The translations under genes and the position numbers were made by a program. DNA of 35,733 nucleotides from Reclinomonas americana ATCC 50394 (taxonomy: Eukaryota): the NCBI GenBank assembly GCA_048213135.1, contig PS015609.1, forward strand, positions 31,442-67,174, given 5' to 3'. Of this stretch, positions 1 to 10,840 are shown one piece after another. Within the stretch, counting starts at the first letter, position 1. The number at the start of each line of letters is the position of its first letter. The notes under the pieces are model-generated. The model saw nothing but the letters and a program-made list of their open reading frames with translations. It did not search any database and was not told the origin of the DNA.

Positions 1-786
1 AGCCGACGTCGCGATCGCGAGGCACTGGAGGACGTGGAGTCCCTTGCATCGGGCTCCGGCTCTTCCTCCTCCTCTGCCGCCGCCGCCGCCGCCGACGGCG
101 ACGGCGACGACTCGACCTCCAAAGCCTGCGCTCCGATTGTCGACCACGTCCCCGGCACGCGGTCGCGACTGCCGGTGGCGCTCTACGTGGACCAGTGCCG
201 ACTGAACTGGCCCTCTCGCGGCCAGCACATTCTGGCGCACTACGACGACGAGACGATTGTGGTGTACCAGGCCTACAGCGCCGACATTGGCCGTCACGCT
301 GCGGAGCACAAGACGTTTAGCGGGTGCCCGCAGTTCTCGTGGACGCGCATGAGCTGGATCAAGACCAACTTTCTGTGGATGATGTACCGCAGTGGGTGGG
401 GCACCAAGCAGAACCAGGAGGTGACGCTGGCGATTTGGCTGCGGCGGGCGGCCTTTGACGAAATGGTGCGCAAGGCGGTGCCGTCGTCGTGCCCGGCCGG
501 CATGACGCAGCAGGAGTGGAAGCAGGCTGGTCGCGACTCCGACGTGCGCCTGCAGTGGGACCCCGACCATTCGCCGACGGGTGAGAATGTGGTGCGCCGT
601 GCGATTCAGTTGGGATTGTGTGGGGAGATGCTGCGGCGTTTTGCGCACGAGGACAGCGACTGGGTTGTCGACATTTGCGATATCTCCGAGTTTGTGGAGG
701 AGCAGCGGAGGGTGGTGGAGGCTGGCGGGATGCGAGAGGTGCTGCAGACGCCGTTGGAGAGGGTGTATGTGGTGGGCACGGAGTGA
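1..786 (+). CDS. DUF4291 family protein, 5'-partial, intronless in the visible part
   Basis: Frame is open from base 1 to TGA 786. It carries DUF4291-type motifs ILAHYDDETIVVYQAY, RMSWIKTNFLWMMYRSGWG, VRLQWDPDH and RRAIQLGL. No ATG precedes the domain inside the window. Confidence 0.8.
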   Translation, partial: SRRRDREALEDVESLASGSGSSSSSAAAAAADGDGDDSTSKACAPIVDHVPGTRSRLPVALYVDQCRLNWPSRGQHILAHYDDETIVVYQAYSADIGRHAAEHKTFSGCPQFSWTRMSWIKTNFLWMMYRSGWGTKQNQEVTLAIWLRRAAFDEMVRKAVPSSCPAGMTQQEWKQAGRDSDVRLQWDPDHSPTGENVVRRAIQLGLCGEMLRRFAHEDSDWVVDICDISEFVEEQRRVVEAGGMREVLQTPLERVYVVGTE

Positions 787-1118
787 ATTTGTGAGGAATT
801 CGAAGGTGGGTGGTGCACGTGAGTGTGGAAGGCACTGGCGTATATTTTTCTGTACAAGGAAGCCGAGTGTGCCCACAGTCTGCTGATTATTAGTTGGGGC
901 GCACCTGCACTGGCGCCACGGTGCACGCAAAGGTGTATGACAAGCATGTGGTCGGCCACGTCCCACCCAGAGTCCTCACTGCCAGGTAATGCATGCAGTA
1001 ATCTGCAGCGCAACACGCTGCTGCGCGCGCGGCTCCTCCTGGCGAAAACACTGGCCCTCACGAGCCGGCGCCGTCGTCGCCACACTGCGCGAACCTGGCC
1101 GACACTTTGCTGTCATGA

Positions 1119-1907
1119 TCACACATCGAAGACCCTCCTGATTCCCACTGCTGACATGCGCCCGGTCGCGAAGAGTGACACGCACACTGAAAACGGTGGT
1201 GGTGGGTGATACAGGTCAGTTCGAATATTCATGCAGTCGACTTGACACACGCGCGATCTGCACACGCACCATTCCTCGCAAATGCCGTGGCCGCAGGGAA
1301 GCTGGCGACAGGTCGCAAGTCCCACGCCCAAGCACGACTGGCACTGCAGAGTGCGGCGCACCTCGAGCTCAAGATTCAGTGGTCTTGGGCGGCATGTCGC
1401 AGTCGTCTGTTGTCGCAATTGTTGTGTCGTATCCGGCCGCGGATCAAGAACCATACTATACATGGTCACTCCCGCGTCGAGTTCCTCGTGCGCATACACA
1501 GCCGGGCTCCTGCTGCAGGGGCCATCATGATCAGCGGCAGGGGCTGGATCCAGATCTGGATTCTGGATCTGGATCCGCTTCACAACGCTGTGGATGAACA
1601 TCCACATGACAACCGAGCCTATGTACCGCCACGCCTTGCAGCGGGTCTCCACCAAAAAAGTGTTGCCGAGCGACAGTGGCCATATGCATTCCACCAACCA
1701 GTACTGAATCTTGCAGAGAAGGCGGTGTGTACGACGGCAGAGCACAATGGCAAGAATGCACGTGCAAGCGAAGATGCAAATGATCACAGGATGCATGACT
1801 CGACGAAGAGAAAAGATGGGAGACAAGGTCCACTCACATATAGAAGAAAAGTACTTGTTACAGTTGTTCCGACAATCCGAACCTGTCCTGAAGTACAAAT
1901 CTGACAC
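1119..1907 (-). CDS. Putative membrane-anchored RING-finger protein; start uncertain
   Basis: The N-terminal segments are hydrophobic, and the C-terminal CQSC..LPCGHGICEEWC..CQVDC has C3HC4-like spacing. Paralogous DNA lies at about 2900-3300. Confidence 0.45.
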   Translation of the reverse strand: MSDLYFRTGSDCRNNCNKYFSSICEWTLSPIFSLRRVMHPVIICIFACTCILAIVLCRRTHRLLCKIQYWLVECIWPLSLGNTFLVETRCKAWRYIGSVVMWMFIHSVVKRIQIQNPDLDPAPAADHDGPCSRSPAVYAHEELDAGVTMYSMVLDPRPDTTQQLRQQTTATCRPRPLNLELEVRRTLQCQSCLGVGLATCRQLPCGHGICEEWCVCRSRVCQVDCMNIRTDLYHPPPPFSVCVSLFATGRMSAVGIRRVFDV

Positions 1908-2549
1908 TGCTGTGACAACTCACTCGTGAAGACAGTTCACAGTGCACAAGACAACCAGCCACCACCACCATCAAGCCGTCCACCGTTGCGATTGTGCAGG
2001 ACAGCGTGCTTCCTGTGGCCCGTGCGTCACGTGTCCACAAATGGGACGCAGAAGACTATTATTTTTACAATTTTATTCTTAGCAACCTATACTGATGCAC
2101 TGGATCAGTTGTAACTTCGTAGTTGGTTGCGAGTATGTAGTTTGGGGTTGCTAATCCAAACAACAACAGCTGCATGATGATCACCATCTTGAGTGAGCTT
2201 CAGAAACTCAGACATCACGGAAAAAAACGTGAAAAAGTCGAGATTGCTAATGCTGGCGTTTCTGCAAGAGAAACCATGGCTATGTTGGCGTTGTAAAGTA
2301 GGATCCCGACCATTCGCCGACGGGAGAGAAGGTCCAGGTAGGATTGCGTGGGAAGGTGCTGCGCTGCGGTGCTTCACGCACGAGGACATACAGCGACCGG
2401 ATATTGCCAACCCTGATATCTCCGTGTGTTCATGGTGCACGTGCACATGTGGTGGAAGGAGGAGGCCAAATATCGTATATGAGTTGGAAAGGTGTTTGTT
2501 GTGGAGTGAAATAGGGGTAGGAAGGTGTGGAGGCACGTCGTATGTATAT

Positions 2550-3331
2550 TTACACAGCAGTCGAGTACTAGTGCACCTCATCGGTCTGCATCCCAGGCAG
2601 CGCATGCAGAAATCTGCACCGCCGCGCAACTCGGCTCCTGGAGTCATCGCCACCATTGTCACCGCATCCTGCACACTGTGTGCACTCCATCGACGTCGAC
2701 TGCCGCACTGCATACAGAAGCGAGTGCCGCAGCCCACGCACATCCCATCGATATCACGCTGCACTGCGTTGTGGTTGAGTCCAGATATCGCTGCGATCCA
2801 GCCGCGCGCCTGCGACGATTGCAAGCATGAGCGGACTCGAAGAAAGTCACGAAGGATCTACACGCCTTCGGGCACCAACTCCAACGCACCGCTGCGGTAC
2901 TACCATCAATGGCGCAGTCGTCTGTTGATCCGGAATCATAGGTGTACGATCACCTCCGCCTCGAATTCCCGCTGCACCCTCGCGTGCACACCCGAGTTCA
3001 TGCGGCCGCGGTCGACCGCAGCAGAGGGCGCACTCCGCTGCACATCAGCAGCACTGCTCGTCATGATCCACGTGGCCGCCGTGCACGGGGCCTCCACCAA
3101 AACAATGTTGCCGAGCCACAGCAACCCTTGCACCAACCACACGGCAACGTACAACAAGCAGAAGAGCAGCTTGCAGACGGTGCGAAGCACCAAGCGGACG
3201 AGCCACGCGGCAACACGACATGCAAGCACACACGCAAAGTAGCCAACACAAAGAACGGCTGCACACGCGACACCAACAGCGACAACATGCCACGCGCTAT
3301 AGCTAGTAGAGCTCAGCATCAGAGGATACAT
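2550..3331 (-). pseudogene. Disrupted paralogue of the 1119-1907 gene with IBR/RING2-like Cys motifs
   Basis: Shares DNA blocks with the neighbour (1398-1412 vs 2913-2927; about 1647-1671 vs about 3092-3116) and peptide similarity (LGNTFLVE/LGNIVLVE, QQTTA). The frame breaks near 2936. CVGCGTRFCMQC and DFCMRC occur downstream in another ORF. Confidence 0.4.
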
Positions 3332-3644
3332 GATGCAACAGTGGAGTGGGCGAGATGGTCAGCTCTCTCTCACACACGCACAAAAAAAAGTGTGATGCTT
3401 TCCGACAATCCAAAAAGTGTATAAATAACCTGTCATGCAACTCGAACACGCGGCAGACAAGACACTCTCTTCTTGTTGCACATTCGCAAGTCGCGACCGC
3501 TACCAAGTCGACCACCCTTCGTGCAGACCAGCGCGCTCCCTGCAACGCGCTTTTCACGTTTTCCGGCAAAGACAAAAGACAGTCGGTGCTCGCCACGTCG
3601 CATCTGTCCCACGCACAAACACACACACACAAAAGCAACAAACA

Positions 3645-5623
3645 ATGATCGACTCGCTGTTTGTCATCTCCACCACGGGGTACGTGTCTCACTAACACAC
3701 GCGCACGCACGCACTTTATTTCAGTGTTATTTGTGCGAGATGGTCATGGACATGCTCTTCTCTCTCTTCTCTCTCTCACTCTCTCTCTTGTGTGTGACTG
3801 TTTGCAGTGAGTTGGTGACAGAAAGGCACTGGTTTGGCACGGACCGATCGACCTTCGACTTGTTTTGGGCGGAGGCGGCCTCGTGCCCTGCGCGTGAGGT
3901 AATGAGTGANNNNNNNNNNNNNNNNNNNNNNNNNNNNNNNNNNNNNNNNNNNNNNNNNNNNNNNNNNNNNNNNNNNNNNNNNNNNNNNNNNNNNNNNNNN
4001 NNNNNNNNNNNNNNNNNNNNNNNNNNNNNNNNNNNNNNNNNNNNNNNNNNNNNNNNNNNNNNNNNNNNNNNNNNNNNNNNNNNNNNNNNNNNNNNNNNNN
4101 NNNNNNNNNNNNNNNNNNNNNNNNNNNNNNNNNNNNNNNNNNNNNNNNNNNNNNNNNNNNNNNNNNNNNNNNNNNNNNNNNNNNNNNNNNNNNNNNNNNN
4201 NNNNNNNNNNNNNNNNNNNNNNNNNNNNNNNNNNNNNNNNNNNNNNNNNNNNNNNNNNNNNNNNNNNNNNNNNNNNNNNNNNNNNNNNNNNNNNNNNNNN
4301 NNNNNNNNNNNNNNNNNNNNNNNNNNNNNNNNNNNNNNNNNNNNNNNNNNNNNNNNNNNNNNNNNNNNNNNNNNNNNNNNNNNNNNNNNNNNNNNNNNNN
4401 NNNNNNNNNNNNNNNNNNNNNNNNNNNNNNNNNNNNNNNNNNNNNNNNNNNNNNNNNNNNNNNNNNNNNNNNNNNNNNNNNNNNNNNNNNNNNNNNNNNN
4501 NNNNNNNNNNNNNNNNNNNNNNNNNNNNNNNNNNNNNNNNNNNNNNNNNNNNNNNNNNNNNNNNNNNNNNNNNNNNNNNNNNNNNNNNNNNNNNNNNNNN
4601 NNNNNNNNNNNNNNNNNNNNNNNNNNNNNNNNNNNNNNNNNNNNNNNNNNNNNNNNNNNNNNNNNNNNNNNNNNNNNNNNNNNNNNNNNNNNNNNNNNNN
4701 NNNNNNNNNNNNNNNNNNNNNNNNNNNNNNNNNNNNNNNNNNNNNNNNNNNNNNNNNNNNNNNNNNNNNNNNNNNNNNNNNNNNNNNNNNNNNNNNNNNN
4801 GCTCCCCTCTCGCTCTCCCCTCTCGCTCTCCCCTCTCCTCACTTCTCCCCCTTACCCTCTCCTCCCCTTCCCCCTCCTCTTCACAGTTTCGTCCTGGTGC
4901 TGGAGGAGTACCTCGGCGACACCTTCAGCGAGGAGCAATTGCGCGAAAATTTTGTCACATTCTTCCAGGTCACCGACGAAATGCTCGACAGTTGCGCCTT
5001 GTTCCTCCCCCCTTTTGCTCCTTCTCCCTCCACTCACTCACATCAACCCGCCCCTTCCGACAGGTGGCTACCCATTCACCACCGAGCCGAGCGTGCTCAA
5101 GGGCATTGTGCGACCGCCGACAATCCTCAACCGCATGCGCAACGCCGTCTCTGGCCGTGGGTACGTCTCTCTCATCCACAATCTCCTCTCTTTGCTTCAC
5201 ATCTCACACCATCACCAGCAACGTCAACACGGCGATCCCGGAGGGAACTGCTTCGGTCGTGTGGTGGCGCCGACCAGGCATCAAGCACTCCAACAACGAG
5301 ATGTACTTTGACATTGTGGAGGAGCTCAGTGCACTAGTAGACAGGTGTGTCTGCTCATGCACGCGGCCGTATCCGACCGACTGCTCTCTGACGCGGTCCG
5401 CTATGCACAGCAACGGCTCTGTGCTGTCATCAGAGGTGCTCGGCCGCATTCAGGCCAACTGCAAGCTGACGGGCATGCCGGATGTGTTGCTAACATTTGA
5501 GAATCCGGGACTGCTGGACGACTGCTCGTTCCACCCATGCGTGCGACACGCACGATACGAGCAGGACAAGTCGCTCTCGTTCATCCCGCCGGATGAGCCG
5601 TTTGAGTTGATTTCTTATCGGTT

Positions 5624-5722
<99 letters not shown>

Positions 5723-7585
5723 CTCCTCCTCCTCCTNNNNNNNNNNNNNNNNNNNNNNNNNNNNNNNNNNNNNNNNNNNNNNNNNNNNNNNNNNNNNNNN
5801 NNNNNNNNNNNNNNNNNNNNNNNNNNNNNNNNNNNNNNNNNNNNNNNNNNNNNNNNNNNNNNNNNNNNNNNNNNNNNNNNNNNNNNNNNNNNNNNNNNNN
5901 NNNNNNNNNNNNNNNNNNNNNNNNNNNNNNNNNNNNNNNNNNNNNNNNNNNNNNNNNNNNNNNNNNNNNNNNNNNNNNNNNNNNNNNNNNNNNNNNNNNN
6001 NNNNNNNNNNNNNNNNNNNNNNNNNNNNNNNNNNNNNNNNNNNNNNNNNNNNNNNNNNNNNNNNNNNNNNNNNNNNNNNNNNNNNNNNNNNNNNNNNNNN
6101 NNNNNNNNNNNNNNNNNNNNNNNNNNNNNNNNNNNNNNNNNNNNNNNNNNNNNNNNNTCTGCGTTCCCCCTCCCTCCCGTTCCCCTCTCCTTTCATCCCC
6201 TCTCTCCCTCCCTCTACCCCTTCCCCTCACTTCCCCCTTTCCCTCACTCCCCCTTTCCCTTCCGCCCTTTTCTCAGCGCCCGCGCCCCCGGCCAACTCCC
6301 CATCTACGTCAACCCACAAATCTCCTTCAACGACGGCGGCGGCCGCATCCACGTCATGGTCTCGTGCCGCCTGCTCGACCGAGCATTGGAGAATGTGGTG
6401 CTCACCTTCCGCCTGCCCGACGAGGTGCAGTGCTCACACACGCAGTGCATCCTCTCTCACACTCTCCCCCTGTTGCTCACTTTTCTGCACACAGGTTACT
6501 GCCGTCAACGCGACAGTCGATCAAGGCAAGCTGAAGTTCGACAGCAACACACACGAGGCCAAGTGGGAACTCGGCAAGCTCGTCGGCGGCAAGTCACAGT
6601 CGTTGAGCGGCACGCTGTCGACGGGCGGCTCGGTGCCTGACTCAACGGCGACCACCATGGTGGCCTTCAAGGTACGATCTCCATCCTCTGTCTCTCTTCC
6701 TGCTCCTCTTCAGTGCCATCTTGTTCCACTCCTGTTCCATTTCATTCTGCCTCCTTCCTGCTGCTGTGCGCACAGGTGAATCACTTTGTTGTGCGCTTAA
6801 AACTTAAACATCGTGGTGTCATCCCCTTCTCCTTCTTTCTTTCCACCCTCTATGCCGTCCAGGCGGGTGACATCCTCCCTGTTCTTCTTTAATGACTACC
6901 AGAGTGAAAATCGTCAATCGTTTCTCTGTCTCTCTCTCTCTCTCTCCCCCTCCCTCNNNNNNNNNNNNNNNNNNNNNNNNNNNNNNNNNNNNNNNNNNNN
7001 NNNNNNNNNNNNNNNNNNNNNNNNNNNNNNNNNNNNNNNNNNNNNNNNNNNNNNNNNNNNNNNNNNNNNNNNNNNNNNNNNNNNNNNNNNNNNNNNNNNN
7101 NNNNNNNNNNNNNNNNNNNNNNNNNNNNNNNNNNNNNNNNNNNNNNNNNNNNNNNNNNNNNNNNNNNNNNNNNNNNNNNNNNNNNNNNNNNNNNNNNNNN
7201 NNNNNNNNNNNNNNNNNNNNNNNNNNNNNNNNNNNNNNNNNNNNNNNNNNNNNCCCTCCCTCCTCTTCCCTTCTCTCTCTCTCTCTCTCCCTCCCTCCCT
7301 CCCTCCCTCTTCCCTTCTCTCTCTCTCCCTCCTCTTGCCCTCTCTCTCTCCCTCCCCCTCTTCCCTTCTCTCTCATTCTCTCTCTCCCTCCCTCTCCCCT
7401 TCTCTCCCTCTCCCTCCCTCCCTCCCTCCTTTGTTGTTTGCTCACCGACCCGCGCACAGATCCCACAAATCGCCGTGTCGGGTGTGAAGATCGAGAGCGT
7501 GAATCTGCCGGCGGAGACCTATCGCGTGTTCAAGGGAGTGCGATCCATGACCCGATCGGGCATTTACCAAGTGCGCACCGGTTGA
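3645..7585 (+). CDS. AP3M1: AP-3 complex mu subunit, multi-exon, interrupted by gaps
   Basis: Spliced translation reads MIDSLFVISTTG|ELVTERHW..., ENFVTFFQVTDEMLDS|GYPFTTEPSVLKGIVRPPT, WRRPGIKHSNNEMYFDIVEE, LDDCSFHPCVR..LSFIPPD and FK|IPQIAVSGVKIE..FKGVRSMTRSGIYQVRTG*. All visible introns are GT-AG. Confidence 0.92.
5626..5735. repeat. (CT)n/(CCT)n intronic microsatellite abutting an assembly gap, representative of many in the window
   Basis: Pure CT run. Similar CT/GA/CCT/GAGT tracts occur at about 8907-9020, 20400-20650, 29740-30180, 34297-34337 and 34970-35190, all inside introns. Confidence 0.95.
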
Positions 7586-7741
7586 GGTGGTTGTGGAGGT
7601 TGTTTTGCGATCGGTGGGGGGAAGTGACTTGAGAGATTGAAGGGGTGGGTGGATGAAGGAAAATGACGAAAAAGGGGGGAAAACTTCCATGAGTGTGTAC
7701 AAAACAAAACAACAACAGGCAAAAATAGGGCGAGAGTTTGC

Positions 7742-8907
7742 TCAAGCCGCCACGCCAGTGTTCTCCGCCATGGTGCAGTCATTCTCACAGAACGACTGCG
7801 CCGCCGGGCAAAACGCCGTGCAGTTGGCATCGGTGGCGCACGACGCCATCGAGCAGTACTCGTGCACATGCACGCACACCTTGCAGCCTGTGCGACAAAA
7901 CGTGTAAGTGCCGAAGAAGAGGGGAGAGGAAACAAAGAATGGCGCGTGCACGCAACGATCGCTGACAGTCTGCGACCAAAAGTCGATCTCCGCGGTCTCC
8001 ACCGGTGGCGACGCCGGTGCCATGGCCGTGGCATTGGCCACTCCAGTGCCAGCAGTCGTGGTGGTAGCCGCCGGAGCTCCGACCTCACGAATCTCCGCGG
8101 CCAGCTCGGCCGTCGTCACTGGCGGCACCGGCGCAGACACCGGCACCGGCATGGTCGTCGCACACTCGGTGCTGCAGCGCACCGACACAATGTGCACGCA
8201 CTCCAGATGATCACGCGCCGGCTCCATCATCGGCGGCGGTGGCGGTGGCGGAGGCATGCCAAAATCGCCTCCACGGTGGTGGTGATTGTGGTGGTGGTGC
8301 TGGTGCTCCTCACGCGCCTCCTGCTGCTGCTGGTGGTGGTGGCGACGATCGTGCGCATGGTGCGGGTGATGCTCACGCCACTGCGCGGGCATGGCATTCG
8401 GGTGGAGACCCTTGGTGCACAGGTGCCAGTCGTGCTGCACACACAGATCGCACGAGAAGTTGTCGGCCGCGTGGCAGGCCTCGTGCGGAGTTGGCAATCG
8501 GCGCAGCTGATCGTGATGGTGATGATGATCATGATGATACTGACGATGCTCGTGACGGTGGTGAGGCGCAGGAGGAGGCGGCGGCACAGCCGGCATGCCC
8601 TGAGGCAGCGGAGGCAGAGTCTTGGCGACGTGAGGCATGGTCTCCATCGCCGGCATTCCCTCCGGCAACGCCGGCACAGTCTTGAACACCTCCGGCAGTG
8701 TCGGGAGCGCCTTGGCCACCTCCGGCATGGTCTCCATCGGCGGCATTCCCTCCGGCAACGCCGGCACAGTCTTGAAGACCTCCGGCAGTGTCGGCAGCGC
8801 CTTGGCCACCTCCGGCATGGTCTCCATCGGCGGCATTNNNNNNNNNNNNNNNNNNNNNNNNNNNNNNNNNNNNNNNNNNNNNNNNNNNNNNNNNNNNNNN
8901 NNNNNNT

Positions 8908-8940
<33 letters not shown>

Positions 8941-8970
8941 CTCCCTCCTCCTCTCTCTCTCTCTCCTCCT

Positions 8971-9026
<56 letters not shown>

Positions 9027-9300
9027 GAGGAGTGCACCGCGACGCATCTCTCTTCAAATCCCTCAGCCTCCCCTTGTCTCTTCCTTCCTCTCCTCCCTCT
9101 CTCTCGCTCTGTGTGAGAGTCGCACCTTGCTCTTGTTCCTCCTCCTGCTCCTCCACAGGCACCCGGAACACCTCAATCTTGGTCACAGGCTCCTCCTGTC
9201 CCTCCTCAGTCGCCTGCTCTGACTGAGCCTCTTGTGCGCGGGCACATCCCACTGCCAGCAGTGCGAGGAGCACTAACAGCACAAGCAGTGAAGAACGCAT
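7742..9300 (-). CDS. Secreted protein with 30-aa Pro/Met-rich tandem repeats, His-rich tracts and Cys-rich modules
   Basis: Signal peptide MRSSLLVLLVLLALLAVGCARA, repeats MPPMETMPEVAKALPTLPEVFKTVPALPEG, poly-His tracts and a Cys-rich C-terminus. Probable introns are the GA-repeat intron running into the gap and 7888-7956. Confidence 0.7.
8610..8837 (-). repeat. Coding 90-bp tandem repeat, at least 2.5 copies, running into the gap
   Basis: Near-identical units ggcatggtctccatcg(g/c)cggcattccctccggcaacgccggcacagtcttgaa recur at 90-bp spacing. Confidence 0.9.
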
Positions 9301-9676
9301 GGTGGTGATCTTCTCTCCACAAATCGCGATGAAACTGTCGGTTATGGATATCTACGCTGCGGGAGGATTGTGCCCGTCGCGGAGCACATGTGCGAAGACC
9401 ACTACATCTCTACAGAACACAACAAGAGACAGGGCATGGTTTTCGGTCTTGACTATGCAGTTCACCGTCCGGATCGATCGCGATATCCGCTGCGGTTCTG
9501 GATATATCGATCAATTGCGCGCGCATGCTGCCTGCGGGTTGCGCCGATTGCAAACCGGGAGTCAAAAACAGTCTTCCTTGTGCAGCTGCAGGTTTCCCAA
9601 AGAGACAGCGAGGAGAATGCAGCCAATGCATTCATTTCGAATTCGCGATCGCAGCGCCCGGCGGTGTACATGTCCA

Positions 9677-10135
9677 TCAGTCATCCCCGTCACCGGGAAT
9701 CGAATCGAGCAGCTCGTTGACCGTGCTGCCGTCTAGGCCAATGTGGTCCAGAAGCTTGATGGCGTACGTCTGACACGAGTTGCCAAAGAGGCGGTAGTTC
9801 TTGTTGTAGTCGGCGTTGAAGGTCGCAATGTCCGCGTGTGTGGATCGAGTGTTGCCGGCGTCTCGCCGGTGACTGAGGGGACCAAAGGGTCCGCGAGCGC
9901 CGACGCCATTGGTGACCGTCACCTTGCCTTCCTCGACGCCGAATTCGTAGAACTTGTCGTCCACAAGAACGCCGACGTGGGAGGCGTAGCCAGAGGGGCG
10001 GTAGCCGACCGCGAGACGACGGGCAAAGACAGTGACCTTGGTAGGTAACGAATCAGGGAATGCGGAGAGAGGTTGAAGGGGCCCGGAGAAAGATCGATCA
10101 AGAGACGGCTCATGATCAACACGAGAGATAATCAT
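9677..10135 (-). CDS. PPPDE/DeSI-like permuted papain-fold peptidase; start uncertain
   Basis: SHVGVLVDDKFYEFG supplies the catalytic His and YRLFGNSCQTYA the catalytic Cys, in the His-before-Cys order typical of PPPDE/LRAT-like proteins. Confidence 0.7.
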   Translation of the reverse strand: MIISRVDHEPSLDRSFSGPLQPLSAFPDSLPTKVTVFARRLAVGYRPSGYASHVGVLVDDKFYEFGVEEGKVTVTNGVGARGPFGPLSHRRDAGNTRSTHADIATFNADYNKNYRLFGNSCQTYAIKLLDHIGLDGSTVNELLDSIPGDGDD

Positions 10136-10840
10136 GGGCGTGATTCGCCAGACACGGGAGCAGGTGTGTGAGTGTGTGAGTGTGTGAGTGTGTGAGTGTG
10201 TGTGCGTGAGAGAGAGAGAGTGGAGATCAGAAAAGGATAGGAGTGGACGCGAAGCACCTGCGCATGCGGAACAATGTGGGATGTGATGGAGTGCAAGCAG
10301 CAACATCCTGCCTCATGCACTTATTCACGAAGCAACATAGGGGCGAGGTGCGCTGCGAGATGTGCAAAAACTGACAGACACAGCGTGAGGAGGGACACGC
10401 TGCGAGCAGCGCGACGTCGGAGCTCTCGCGAAGTAAACCAGCTGCGTCCGTCTAGCGCACCTTCATGGCTCACCACAACAGCAACAACACGTCGTACATG
10501 TCGGTGTTGCCGGAAACCAGTTGGATGCACATCCTCCGGATCCTGTCTTGTCATCGAATTCTGGCTTGAACTCAAAGTCGACGTCCACCCTGCTGGCTAC
10601 AGTAGTGAACGCGGAAAGATCGCAGTGGCATAGACCATGCCCAGCTTGCAGCATCAGCCGACGTGGTCTGCAGCACTTCGCGAAGTCGAATCTGCTCGGC
10701 GTGCAATATTGTGCACTTCGTAGCCATCGCCTTTCCCATTCTTACGCCCCCCTCAGGCCCTTCTTTATGCTCTGTACACTATCGACATCAACGTGCATGC
10801 CGTCAACAAAGACTTCCGCACCTGTCCCACACTTCCGCTC

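Noticed and set aside
880-1110. Minus-strand peptide RRRRLVRASVFARR..LLHALP..DVADHMLVIHL resembling a repeat-protein C-terminal tail
   Set aside because: It has no start codon, supported splice junction or recognisable domain; the resemblance to the WD40 tail is too weak to call.
2193-3242. 349-aa plus-strand ORF, and other long antisense or overlapping ORFs such as 7862-9226 and 10521-11822
   Set aside because: These have no recognisable motifs of their own. They are explained as antisense shadows of GC-rich genes, read-through of introns without stops, or ORFs spanning N-gaps.
4991-5064. Alternative reading of the shifted donors as non-canonical G|TT...AGN| introns
   Set aside because: This reading is equivalent only where the next exon starts with G. 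At informative junctions (11148, 16745, 22008, 22212) it would replace conserved residues, so GT-AG is preferred.
6768-6875. Two small hairpins in the AP-3 mu intron suggesting an H/ACA snoRNA
   Set aside because: There is no convincing ANANNA hinge or correctly placed ACA tail, and the stems are short.
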